From the NCBI GenBank assembly GCA_964548175.1, contig CAZJQS010000015.1, forward strand, positions 920 through 64,919: 64,000 bases of DNA, in the 5' to 3' direction. The notes below the pieces were generated by a model that ran no database searches, was not told the origin of the DNA, and saw nothing but the letters and a program-made list of their open reading frames with translations. Origin of the DNA: an uncultured Saprospiraceae bacterium (lineage in GTDB: Bacteria > Bacteroidota > Bacteroidia > Chitinophagales > Saprospiraceae). The position numbers and the translations under genes are program-made. This document shows, one piece after another, positions 19,501 through 27,341 of this stretch; within the stretch, counting starts at the first letter, position 1; each line of letters opens with the position of its first letter.

Positions 19501-20943
19501 AACTATGCGGAAACCTTCTCCACGACGGTGCCCGGCTTTATGCCGCAGGCGCGATTGCTGGGGATGGAAAGAGGACTGGGAGCGCCCGGATGGGATTTTA
19601 TCGCGGGGATACAACCGACCATCCGGGGGCTGGAAGAAAGTCAGTATTACACCAGCGAGGACTGGTTGCATCAATCCGCTCAGAAGGGGTGGATTTCATC
19701 CAGTGTGTTTCTCAACCAGGAAGTGGTCCAGGAATACAACCAAAAATGGGATGGGCGAGCGACGATCGAGCCCTTTCCGGATTTCAGGGTAGACCTGGAA
19801 ATCACCCGGAATTTTACGGAAAACCATACTGAATTTTTTAAAGACATTGATCAAACGGACGGGATCAACTCGTGGGTGCACACGGTGCCTAAGCAGTTCG
19901 GTCAGATGGAGATCAGTTTTTCTGCATTGTCGACCTTATTTGACGACGACAGGGAGCAGCTGATCGGCTTGTTCCGGCAGTTTGAGCAAAACCGGGTGAT
20001 CATCTCCCGCCGGCTGGACGAAACGGGCGAACTACACGATGACCCCAACCTGGCGGCTCAGGGTTATGCCAAGAACTACGGCCGCAACCAGCAAAACGTA
20101 TTGATTCCGGCCTTTATGGCTGCTTATACCGGACAGGATGCCAATAACGTCAACCTGAATATTTTCGACACCAAGCCGAGGTTCAACTGGCGGATGACGT
20201 ATAATGGGCTGACGCAGTTGCCTTTGTTTAAGGAAGTGTTCCAGAATTTCAGCTTATCGCATGCCTATCGTTCTTCTTTGCGGATAACGCAATTCAATAC
20301 GGGTTTAGACTTTCTGCGAACGGAAGATCAGCCGGGAGGCCCGGTGAACGAGTTGAATCAGAATTTTTATCCGAGGCTGGAAATTCCTCAGGTGGACATA
20401 CAGGAAGGGTTTTCTCCGCTGGTTCAGGTAGATGCTACGCTCATCAACGGCATGTCTTTTCAGGCGAATTACAACAAGACCCGCCGGCTGGGGATGAGTT
20501 TCGTGAGCAACCAGCTGAGTGAGACTCAAATGACGGAATTGACGATCGGATTCGGATACCTGATCCGCAATCTGGATTTGAACAACCTGTTTGGCGGGAA
20601 TAACCGCAGCCGGAGAAGTAATGACAATGAGCCGCCTCAGAACAACCGGATCGGAGGCGTCCGGCCGGGTAACGCCCAGGGGCAGGCACAAGACCTGGAC
20701 TTGAAGTTTTCCTTGTCTTTAAGAGATGACGTAACCTTCAATCACCTCCTGGATCAAGGCATTATTGAGCCCACACGGGGTAGTTATCAACTGAGTTTCT
20801 CTCCCTCAGCAGAGTACCGGATCAATCAGCAGTTGTCCCTGAGGATGTTCTTTGACTACCGGCGCAATGTGCCGAAGACCTCGGCGGGCTTCCCCCGGAT
20901 CGATACTTCAGGGGGCGTACAAGTAAGGTTCTCACTCCAGTAA
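13564..20943 (+). CDS. sprA: T9SS outer-membrane translocon SprA (Sov family)
   Basis: 2,459 aa with a signal peptide. Beta-rich with low-complexity loops and a C-terminal beta-signal ending VQVRFSLQ. The size and the ruvA-sprA adjacency match my recollection of SprA in Bacteroidota. Confidence 0.85.
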   Translation: MKQILLPLTLVLSFFALLTALGNSRLNDPYAVKYVINSSSEQLVRDTVPPIQDRQGDFLNQKNRNPFDLKDPDAIEKSVEFDPETGQYILTEKIGEDFFRPPTYMTFEEYLEYRQQEEERNYFRKLAGIGVEGEGQAGTDPLAKIDVDRSLLDRLFGGSTVDIQPQGQIDLTFGVDFSRVENPILTERQRRQGGFDFDMNIQMSVNGKIGEKLNLTTNYNTNATFDFDNQIKLDYNSDLFDDDAILKKIEAGNVSLPLRGNLIQGAQSLFGVKTELQFGHLRLTAIASQQNSQQENLRIEGGSQLTEFEVKADEYDENRHFFLTHYNRDNFESNLNNLPQVRSLFRVENIEVWITNDRNEVDNVRDIVAFADLAEPIPGKLVSPDKITVPATPVNPDISGRGLPDNTSNDLYQRLLTNGDVREIDRAVSVLQGPEFGLQQASDFEKVSARKLSPQEYTFHPELGFISLNVNVQPDQVVGVAFTYSYNGQTYKVGELSFNQENTSADSSLNVLFVKMLKSTTQRIDVSTWDLMMKNVYSIGAFNVNRQDFKLDIFYEDPGKGEKRFLPEGEGIQGKPLLRVFNLDNLNVQGDPQPDGVFDYVPGITINPRNGRIMFPVLEPFGSALAEQIVEPELEEQYVYQELYDLTLFLAREYPEKNRYTIRGSFKSDVTSEISLGAFNIPPGSVRVSAGGQILVEGRDYEVDYNTGRVRIINDAILNSGVPINVSFEDNTLFGFQTKTMVGLRADYEIDKDFNIGGTFLQLFERPFTQKVNIGEDPINNKTYGFDMNLNREAPFLTKVVNLIPGINTKAPSSISFTGEAAFLKPGHSRAINQNRKDKGGVVYLDDFEGSINGFDITQPAANWFIASTPQNDNNNNNPLFPEAQLVNDRRYGANRARINWYRIDPSIRPANDPNPYTSEVPQEEVFPNFILTPDQPRFRTFDLSFYPQERGPYNFDIPEGYPGYSRGTSFVGDSMILNDPATRWGGIMRALTNNDFQSANIEFLEFWMLSPFLDPEDPLRPAENFEDLEGSLYINLGNISEDILRDSRMFFENGLPGPANPDRRVDTTNWSVVPIAQQITRAFDNDEETRLLQDVGYDGLANDDERRQYGDYLTSIANQNPLAADKIAADPANDDYRYYRDNVFDQNATVRDRYRLYNNPQGNSRSNDGSGFVSSATNIPDAEDLNRDNTLNETESYFEYQINLKANPTNPREIDQRITNFITDQRVSADGRRIWYRFRIPLNGPDKRAVGGINDFRSIRFIRMYMRGFEAPVTLRFARIELVRNQWRRFTQELSDDAVDCDQAPEFDVDAVNIEENSSREPFNYVLPEGIQREQSLGVFNALQNEQSITMNIQGLCDRQDESIFKNINMDWRVYERFKMFVHAEELNGQTHEDGELTMFVRIGSDFRSNYYEYEVPLIMSDSTNLPASPVDVEYKREVWRTENEFDFPLALLRDAKLRRNTEGFPGTEEYFELVDPEDPGMSPRIRIRGNPNLGLVKVAMVGVRNPEGGASSSIPRDVEVWINEMRLTGLDERGGMAAVGRVDLQLADFGNITVAGNYSSIGFGSLDQKVQERNREKISGVDLAASLELGKFFPTSWGIRLPFYAQYSRNVSTPEFDPYDLDIRLKDKLAIAETPTERDSIKDITQTVTTIRSINFTNVRKERTGGGGSRQGTQPKPAPWDIENFGLNYSQATTERNDPIIEFDRETRRTMGLDYGFNRSVKYLEPLKFLGDSKLLEVFTSLNFNPLPNSFTFSTILDRRLNVTRYRFTGLDDRFNTFFNKSYRWGRDYNMQWDLARSLKFNYNAIVDAVIDEPDENRILEDPTIPDAEAFRRDSIWQNIKRFGRTKNFQHSFNISYTAPTRFIPLMDWVQVKGQYQGQYSWTAAALNVDSLGNVIQNAQTRQVNADLNFEGLYNKVPYLQKINGRGSNRRPNLGGRRPTQQPPAGQEGEEKKERTGPGTIEKILIRPLMALRRARFNYAETFSTTVPGFMPQARLLGMERGLGAPGWDFIAGIQPTIRGLEESQYYTSEDWLHQSAQKGWISSSVFLNQEVVQEYNQKWDGRATIEPFPDFRVDLEITRNFTENHTEFFKDIDQTDGINSWVHTVPKQFGQMEISFSALSTLFDDDREQLIGLFRQFEQNRVIISRRLDETGELHDDPNLAAQGYAKNYGRNQQNVLIPAFMAAYTGQDANNVNLNIFDTKPRFNWRMTYNGLTQLPLFKEVFQNFSLSHAYRSSLRITQFNTGLDFLRTEDQPGGPVNELNQNFYPRLEIPQVDIQEGFSPLVQVDATLINGMSFQANYNKTRRLGMSFVSNQLSETQMTELTIGFGYLIRNLDLNNLFGGNNRSRRSNDNEPPQNNRIGGVRPGNAQGQAQDLDLKFSLSLRDDVTFNHLLDQGIIEPTRGSYQLSFSPSAEYRINQQLSLRMFFDYRRNVPKTSAGFPRIDTSGGVQVRFSLQ

Positions 20944-20950
20944 AGCTCGA

Positions 20951-20987
20951 GGGCGTATCAATGTCCCTACGCCGCATTGATACGCCC
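20951..20987 (+). terminator. Stem-loop immediately after the sprA stop
   Basis: gggcgtatcaatg (20951-20963) and cattgatacgccc (20975-20987) form a perfect 13-bp stem with an 11-nt loop. Confidence 0.6.
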
Positions 20988-21004
20988 AGGGAATTTCTTT
21001 TCGG

Positions 21005-21122
21005 GCTTGTGTAAAAAGTCAGTCGCTCCTCCCGTCTGACGGCAGCAGGTTTGGTCGGCAAAAAACTCAAAAAAGAATTTTATTAGCTGCGCAAACGAGG
21101 ACAATGACTTTTTACACAACTC
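21005..21122. repeat. MITE-like palindromic element (family 1), rearranged copy
   Basis: Termini cttgtgtaaaaagtc and gactttttacacaac are inverted. The interior matches blocks of the 35864-36084 copy (ctgacggcagcaggtttg; ggcaaaaaactcaaaaaagaattttattagctgcgcaaac is the reverse complement of the left interior of that copy). Confidence 0.8.
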
Positions 21123-21392
21123 CGAAGCACAGTTATTGGCTGGAGCAACCCGTCTGTTGCCTGGCAAACATCGTTAATTTAACGATAGATAACTCTTTAA
21201 AAACGAAATCAAACCCACATGAAGCCCGCCAGAGAGTTTGCGTTAAAGGTCTGTTAAAGTGGCGTATAGCGTTATATGAAAGGGTAATTTTGTAGTTAAA
21301 TTAAGTACAAGCTTACTAACGGGGTTATTTTTGGAAAGAGCTGAAGAATTCTGAAAATGATCTTGTTGGTCAACCTTATCATATAAACTAAG

Positions 21393-22880
21393 ATGAATAA
21401 AAGAGCAATAGGATTAATCATCGGGCTTTTGAGTGCGGCGGTGATCGGTGTAGTCTGGTTGCAGATCGACTTGATCCGCACGGCGGCGAGGGTAAATGAA
21501 GAGCGATTTGAGAAGAACGTATACAATGCGCTCAACGCTGTGGCTGCCCGTTTGGAGCAGGAAGAAGGCAAGGAGATCGACAAATTTCTGTACAGCGGCT
21601 TTACCAGTAGCTTTTTGCAGCGTCAGTTGTCGGTGGATGTGGGCATTTCCGGAGGAGCTTTGAATAGTTTGAAGGGGCAGGAAGGCATGAACAAAATTTT
21701 TAAAGACCTTTCCAATGCATGTCCTTATTGTCTGAAAGAGCGGGAGATCACTTTTCGCCAGATTGTTTCCAACCGCAATTTTTCCGAGCGGCCGCTGGTG
21801 GAGCGAATCAACCTGGATTTTCTCAAAAAAACGCTCAAGCAGGAGTTGGCCAACCGTGGTATCGATATTGATTATGATTACGGTATCCTTTCTAAGAAGA
21901 AAAAAAGTTTTGTGATCATTAATGACCACTATGCGGTGGAAGACAATCAGCCAAAGGTTACCCTGACCGGATACGACAACCTGTCCACCTCGGATTATTA
22001 CATTTCATTGTTTACCAAGGAGATGCCTTCTCCTGGTTTACTGATGATCCATTTTCCCAACAGGAACAGTTTTGTCTGGCAGTCGCTGTTTTTGAACCTG
22101 GTGGGGTCTTTATTTTTAGCGGCTATTATCTTATTTTGTTTTGGGTACACGATCCAGGTTATTTTCCGTCAAAAGAAGCTATCTGAGATGAAGACCGACT
22201 TCATCAACAACATGACCCACGAATTTAAGACGCCTATTGCCACCATTTCACTGGCAGCCGATTCCATCAGCAGTCCTTTGCTGGCCGGCCAGCCGGAAAA
22301 GGTACAGCGCTTTGCCAATATCATACGACAGGAGAACAAGCGCATGAACAGCCAGGTGGAGAAGGTATTACAAATGGCTCAGATCGACAAGCGGGATTTC
22401 TCGTTGAAGCTGACGGAAGTGAATTTGCACGACGTCATTGCGAGAGCGGTGGAGAACATAAGTCTGCAAGTCGAGAAAAAGAATGGCGTGGTTCACACGG
22501 AATTGGAAGCCACCAATCCGATCGTGGAAGCGGATTTGACGCACGTATCAAACATAGTCAATAACCTTTTGGACAATGCGAACAAATATTCTCCTGAAAA
22601 GCCTGAAATTTCAGTATTGACGTGCAATGTTCCTAACGGAGTGGAAGTTATGATCAGGGATAAGGGGATTGGCATGACCAAGGAGGTGAAAAAGCATATT
22701 TTCGATAAATTCTACCGGGTGCATACAGGCGATCTGCACGATGTCAAAGGGTTTGGTCTGGGCTTAAGTTATGTAAAAGCCATGATCACCGCGCATAAGG
22801 GCCAGATCGATGTGAAGAGTGAGTTGGGAAAGGGTAGTAGTTTTATTTTGACCTTCCCCTTTTATGTGAACAGCAATTGA
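21393..22880 (+). CDS. Sensor histidine kinase (two TM segments, periplasmic sensor, HisKA + HATPase_c)
   Basis: H-box MTHEFKTPIATISLAAD, N-box LLDNANKYSPE, G-boxes RDKGIGM and GFGLGLSYVK. Confidence 0.85.
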   Translation: MNKRAIGLIIGLLSAAVIGVVWLQIDLIRTAARVNEERFEKNVYNALNAVAARLEQEEGKEIDKFLYSGFTSSFLQRQLSVDVGISGGALNSLKGQEGMNKIFKDLSNACPYCLKEREITFRQIVSNRNFSERPLVERINLDFLKKTLKQELANRGIDIDYDYGILSKKKKSFVIINDHYAVEDNQPKVTLTGYDNLSTSDYYISLFTKEMPSPGLLMIHFPNRNSFVWQSLFLNLVGSLFLAAIILFCFGYTIQVIFRQKKLSEMKTDFINNMTHEFKTPIATISLAADSISSPLLAGQPEKVQRFANIIRQENKRMNSQVEKVLQMAQIDKRDFSLKLTEVNLHDVIARAVENISLQVEKKNGVVHTELEATNPIVEADLTHVSNIVNNLLDNANKYSPEKPEISVLTCNVPNGVEVMIRDKGIGMTKEVKKHIFDKFYRVHTGDLHDVKGFGLGLSYVKAMITAHKGQIDVKSELGKGSSFILTFPFYVNSN

Positions 22881-23014
22881 TTATTTGATATAAAATAGAG
22901 ATATTAAGAGAATAATGGGGGCGGCGTTATCATGTGTAACATTCAGATTACCAAACCATATCCACAACAAGAAATCCCAAAAATTTATTTAAGTGGGTAG
23001 GAAAACTTAGGATT

Positions 23015-23737
23015 ATGTCAAAAAATAGAATTTTATTGGTTGAGGATGACCAGAACTTTGGCGATGTGCTCAGGTCTTATCTTGAAATGCACGATTATGA
23101 TGTGACGCTCGCCAAAGACGGCAATGAAGGATTGGAAAGCTACAACAAAGGAGAATTTGATCTTTGCATTTTTGATGTGATGATGCCCAAAAAAGACGGA
23201 TTCACCCTGGCCAGAGAGATCAGGGAGAAGGACACAGAAATGCCCATTATTTTCCTGACGGCCAAAACCATGAAAGAGGACGTTCTAAAAGGATTTAAAA
23301 TTGGGGCGGATGATTACATCTCCAAGCCTTTTAATTCTGAAGAATTATTATATCGCATCCAGGCCATACTGAAACGCAGCGCACAAAAGGCCGACCCTCG
23401 CGAGGAAGTTAAAGAATTTACAATTGGGAAATATCATTTTAATTTTCCATTAAGAATTCTTACATTTGACTCCGGAGGAGAAGATGAAGAAAAAATGAAA
23501 CTCTCTCCTAAAGAAGCACAGCTGCTAAGGATGTTCGCCATGTACCTGAACGACATTCTGCCACGCTCAGAAGCCTTGAAAAAGATCTGGGGCGAAGATA
23601 ATTATTTCACCGCCAGAAGTATGGATGTTTTTGTAACCAAGCTCAGAAAATATCTTAAGCTGGACGAAAACATCGAGATCGTGAACATTCACGGGAACGG
23701 CTTCCAGCTGTTGGTTAAAGCAGAAGAAGAAGCATAA
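23015..23737 (+). CDS. OmpR-family response regulator (RprY-like)
   Basis: Receiver motifs LLVEDD, DVMMPKKDGF and FLTAK, with a winged-helix C-terminus (IVNIHGNGFQL). Strong resemblance to Bacteroides/Porphyromonas RprY, from memory. Confidence 0.85.
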   Translation: MSKNRILLVEDDQNFGDVLRSYLEMHDYDVTLAKDGNEGLESYNKGEFDLCIFDVMMPKKDGFTLAREIREKDTEMPIIFLTAKTMKEDVLKGFKIGADDYISKPFNSEELLYRIQAILKRSAQKADPREEVKEFTIGKYHFNFPLRILTFDSGGEDEEKMKLSPKEAQLLRMFAMYLNDILPRSEALKKIWGEDNYFTARSMDVFVTKLRKYLKLDENIEIVNIHGNGFQLLVKAEEEA

Positions 23738-23831
23738 AAAGAAGTATAAAATAGTTTTTGGGATTATGATTAAGGCTGGATGGTCTGCTATGACTTTCCG
23801 GCCCTTTTTTTGCCTTTAAATTCATTCTTAC

Positions 23832-24875
23832 GTGTATCAATACCTGCTCAAACCGCTTTTCTTTCTTTTTTCTCCTGAAAAGGCGCATAGCCTGACTCTC
23901 CAACTATTTCGCATCGCCCTGGCTATTCCCGTGCTCAGCCCCCTGTTAAAAAAGGCTTTCCAATACCGTCACCCTAGCCTTAAACGGGAATGCTTCGGCC
24001 TAACCTTTCCCAACCCGGTGGGGCTGGCCGCCGGCTTCGATAAGGACGGCAAATACCTCGATCTGATGTCCGCCCTGGGATTTGGTTTTCTCGAACTCGG
24101 CACCGTCACCCCCAAACCACAGCAGGGAAATCCTCAACCCCGCCTTTTTAGACTGATCTCGGACGACGCCCTGATCAATCGCATGGGCTTCAATAACGAA
24201 GGGGTCGAAGCTTTGGTCAGCCGACTGAAAAAATACAACAGGAACAGCCCCGTCATCATCGGGGGCAATATCGGAAAAAATAAAGTGACGCCTAATGAAG
24301 AAGCTGTAACCGATTATGCCTACTGCTTCGAGGCCTTATTCCAATACGTGGACTACTTCGTCGTAAATGTAAGCTCTCCAAATACCCCTGGCTTGCGGGA
24401 ATTACAGGAAAAAGAACCGCTGACAGCTCTGTTGTCCCACCTCCAAGAACTCAACCAGACGAAAGACCAACCCAAACCCATCTTGCTGAAGATAGCGCCG
24501 GACCTTACCGACAGCCAACTGGACGATATTCTGGATATCGTGCAATCTACTCAACTGGCCGGCATCATCGCCACTAATACCACCGTTGACCGCTCCGGCC
24601 TGACCGCCTCCGCTGAAACCATCAAAGAAATCGGCCCCGGCGGACTGAGTGGCCGCCCACTTAAGCATAGAGCTACAGAGGTGATCCGATACTTGTCTGA
24701 TAAAACAGATGGCCAACTACCTATCATCGGCGTAGGGGGCATCGCCTCCGCGGAAGATGCTCTTGAAAAGCTGGATGCCGGCGCCTCACTGGTTCAAATC
24801 TACACCGGTTTGATCTACTCCGGCCCTCAATTAGTAAGGCAGATCAATAAAATTTTGGCTCATCCGAAAAAATAA
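23832..24875 (+). CDS. pyrD: Dihydroorotate dehydrogenase (quinone), class 2
   Basis: GTG start. Motifs: [55 protein letters not shown]. Confidence 0.9.
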   Translation: MYQYLLKPLFFLFSPEKAHSLTLQLFRIALAIPVLSPLLKKAFQYRHPSLKRECFGLTFPNPVGLAAGFDKDGKYLDLMSALGFGFLELGTVTPKPQQGNPQPRLFRLISDDALINRMGFNNEGVEALVSRLKKYNRNSPVIIGGNIGKNKVTPNEEAVTDYAYCFEALFQYVDYFVVNVSSPNTPGLRELQEKEPLTALLSHLQELNQTKDQPKPILLKIAPDLTDSQLDDILDIVQSTQLAGIIATNTTVDRSGLTASAETIKEIGPGGLSGRPLKHRATEVIRYLSDKTDGQLPIIGVGGIASAEDALEKLDAGASLVQIYTGLIYSGPQLVRQINKILAHPKK

Positions 24876-25193
24876 GGATTTTAAAGAACCATTTACCGTG
24901 AATTCCCTGTTAATATTTTATAAATAAGGGCTATCCCTAATTCAGGGGTGTCTCATATTACCCACCGTCCATAACATATGATAAAAAAATGTGTTGGCAT
25001 CCTTTTTGGTATAGAAGAGATGCAAGCCTATGGGTGTGAAGGATGATCATAAGATGCTATATGATTATCACTTTTTCCTGGCACCCATATTACGAAAGGA
25101 AAACCTAAACAATGGCATAGGGATTTGTTCCGAACGGCTTTAGAAAGCTGTAAAAAATGCGTTTGTCTGGCCATGGTCAGACCCTAAACTGTT

Positions 25194-25379
25194 TTGGTAA
25201 GACTTTTAAAACGGCTTGTCATGGTATTTTTTCTGATGTTATTTTTATTAATCGCTTACAATTTGATTTACGTAATTATGGATAAGGGAACCATTTTTTA
25301 CAAGGATTTTCGTTTTTGGCTGGTCTTTCTTTCTTTAGTTGTTCTGGTGAGCCTGGTAGCGAGAGGGTATCCGTTGTAG
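25194..25379 (+). CDS. Possible small two-TM membrane protein (61 aa from TTG; an internal ATG is possible)
   Basis: Strongly hydrophobic (LVMVFFLMLFLLIAYNLIYVI ... FWLVFLSLVVLVSLVA) and followed directly by a strong hairpin. No homology is recognisable. Confidence 0.3.
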   Translation: MVRLLKRLVMVFFLMLFLLIAYNLIYVIMDKGTIFYKDFRFWLVFLSLVVLVSLVARGYPL

Positions 25380-25385
25380 GAAGAT

Positions 25386-25455
25386 GGTTGTTAGTTGATG
25401 GTTCATGGTCGATAATTGTTAGCTCCTAACAACCATGAACCATCAATTAACAACC
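25386..25455. terminator. Long hairpin (family 2, TGTTAGTTGATG) between the small ORF and the nadC stop
   Basis: ggttgttagttgatggttcatggt (25386-25409) pairs with aaccatgaaccatcaattaacaacc (25431-25455) with one mismatch, plus an inner ttgttag/ctaacaa stem. It abuts the nadC stop (25457-25459). Confidence 0.65.
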
Positions 25456-25456
25456 A

Positions 25457-26317
25457 TCAACCAATCACTTTCAAGCTAAGATCCAGGCTTATTGCGGAAT
25501 GCGTGAGCGCTCCGACGGAAATATAGTTTACACCGGATTTAGCGATTTCACGAACATTGTGTATGTTGACCCCGCCGGAAGCTTCCGTCTCGTAATGACC
25601 GTCGACGATGGCTACGGCCTCATGGAGTAAAGGAATAGCGAAATTATCCAGAAGGATACGGGCGATGAACCCGGTTTCGAGTACTTCATAAAGTTCGATC
25701 AGGTTTCTGACTTCGACGGTTACACCAAGGGACAGTCCGTGTTGTTGTTGATATTCCTGTACTTTTTGAATGGCTTTAGCGATGCTGCCGCAAGCATCGA
25801 TGTGATTGTCTTTGATCATAAACCAATCGTATAATCCAAATCGATAATTCTCGCAGCCGCCCAGCCGTACCGCCCATTTTTCCAGAAACCGGATCAAGGG
25901 GGTAGTTTTGCGGGTGTCTAGTATAGTAACAGGTAAGTCTTCCACTTCAAATTTGAACCGGTTGCTGAGTGTAGCGATCCCGCTCATGCGTTGCATGGTG
26001 TTCAGCACCAGCCGCTCGGCCTGCAATAGCGCGCGGGTATTACATTCTACTTCAAAAGCAATGTCGCCATAGCTCATGGGGCGCCCATCTTCAACAATAA
26101 CATTAAATTCGGAAGAGGGATCCACGGTTTGAAAAATACGTTGTGCCACTGCTATACCGGCCATGACACCGGGATCTTTGATCAGTAAATGAGCTGTTGT
26201 CCGCGAACCGGGATCGATACAGGCCAGAGAGGTATGGTCGCCGTTGCCTGTGTCCTCCTTTAAGGCTGCCTCGATGAATTGATCCAACTGTACCTGTTCT
26301 TGCGTTTTGGTGGTCAT
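25457..26317 (-). CDS. nadC: Nicotinate-nucleotide diphosphorylase (carboxylating)
   Basis: QPRTase-like sequence (LKEDTGNGDHTS..., MIKDNHI, LLDNF). Start chosen at ATG 26317 (MTTKTQEQ), giving 286 aa; the ORF-track start at 26398 is over-extended. Confidence 0.9.
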   Translation of the reverse strand: MTTKTQEQVQLDQFIEAALKEDTGNGDHTSLACIDPGSRTTAHLLIKDPGVMAGIAVAQRIFQTVDPSSEFNVIVEDGRPMSYGDIAFEVECNTRALLQAERLVLNTMQRMSGIATLSNRFKFEVEDLPVTILDTRKTTPLIRFLEKWAVRLGGCENYRFGLYDWFMIKDNHIDACGSIAKAIQKVQEYQQQHGLSLGVTVEVRNLIELYEVLETGFIARILLDNFAIPLLHEAVAIVDGHYETEASGGVNIHNVREIAKSGVNYISVGALTHSAISLDLSLKVIG

Positions 26318-26422
26318 GTAAGGATTTTTTGGTTGTGGGGACAAAAATAATAATTTTATTTGCCAAGCAAACCTACCGGCCGGTCGTCGCAGCAACAATC
26401 TGTTCCATGGCTTTCTTTTCCA

Positions 26423-27157
26423 TTAAAACAACACCCCTATTCTTATCGTAATATTATGGGCTTTTCCTACGGAATTTTCATCACTCTCTATCCCGGTATC
26501 TGGGTTGATCTCAGTTCCACTATCCTTGGTAATGTCCGTAAAGCCTACCTGGAAGCCTATGCCCCCTACAAGAGCGGTTGTTTCGGATAAGCTGTATTCG
26601 ATACCGCCTGTGATGCCCCAGGCCAGGTTGAGCGCATTGACTTCACTTTCGATATTAATGTCCTCGAATTCGTCGCCCAGGTTACGGCCGGTTAGGGTGC
26701 CTTTAGCCTGTGTTTTGATGCCGAGGGTAATGGCAGGTTCGAGGAAATACCGGATAAATCCGAACTCCCGGGTGCGCATTTTCAGCCCCAGAGGGATTTC
26801 AAGAAATTGAATATTGTATTTGAGTTTGGTCATCGAAGGCAGCGGGAGGGTGTCTGTAGTTAGCTGCCGGTAGGAATCACCCCAGTAAAAGCCTTCCCAC
26901 TCATGCTGGAGAGTGCCACCCTGATTAAATCCAAAGCCGATACCGGTGGAAAAAGCATAATTTTCGCGAAAGTAGAATTCTCCGAGCATACCCAATTTAA
27001 GGCCAAGATTAGTCCCGCTGGAATTGATGCGGTTGTTATTGGCAGACATCCAGGAAAACGTCGGACTGGCTTGCAGACCAAAGCGGACATCATTAAACTG
27101 GGCGTGGGCAAAATGCAGGGAAAGCCCAAAAAATACGATCAATGCAATTTTTTTCAT
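26423..27157 (-). CDS. Small outer-membrane beta-barrel protein (OMP_b-brl_2-type, PorT/SprT-like size)
   Basis: Signal peptide ending AHAQ, alternating beta-strand pattern, terminal aromatic (RIGVLF), 244 aa. Confidence 0.65.
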   Translation of the reverse strand: MKKIALIVFFGLSLHFAHAQFNDVRFGLQASPTFSWMSANNNRINSSGTNLGLKLGMLGEFYFRENYAFSTGIGFGFNQGGTLQHEWEGFYWGDSYRQLTTDTLPLPSMTKLKYNIQFLEIPLGLKMRTREFGFIRYFLEPAITLGIKTQAKGTLTGRNLGDEFEDINIESEVNALNLAWGITGGIEYSLSETTALVGGIGFQVGFTDITKDSGTEINPDTGIESDENSVGKAHNITIRIGVLF

Positions 27158-27341
27158 TATAAATTAGTTTTTTGTGTACAATTTAAGGGATGATTCATAA
27201 TGCTCCAACCCCCTAAAAACGGGGTAAGTTTACTGCTTTATTGTAATTGTACAAAAATAAATAAGTTGACAGGCATTTTTTGATCTAATTGCCCGGCAAG
27301 TCACAGGCCGCCAGTTAATTCATTGCCAAATTTTTTTACTA

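Noticed and set aside
20944-23737. Functional linkage of the histidine kinase/response regulator pair to sprA
   Set aside because: A strong stem-loop, a MITE copy and a ~450-bp gap separate them. The response regulator looks like the widespread RprY type, so adjacency alone is not evidence.
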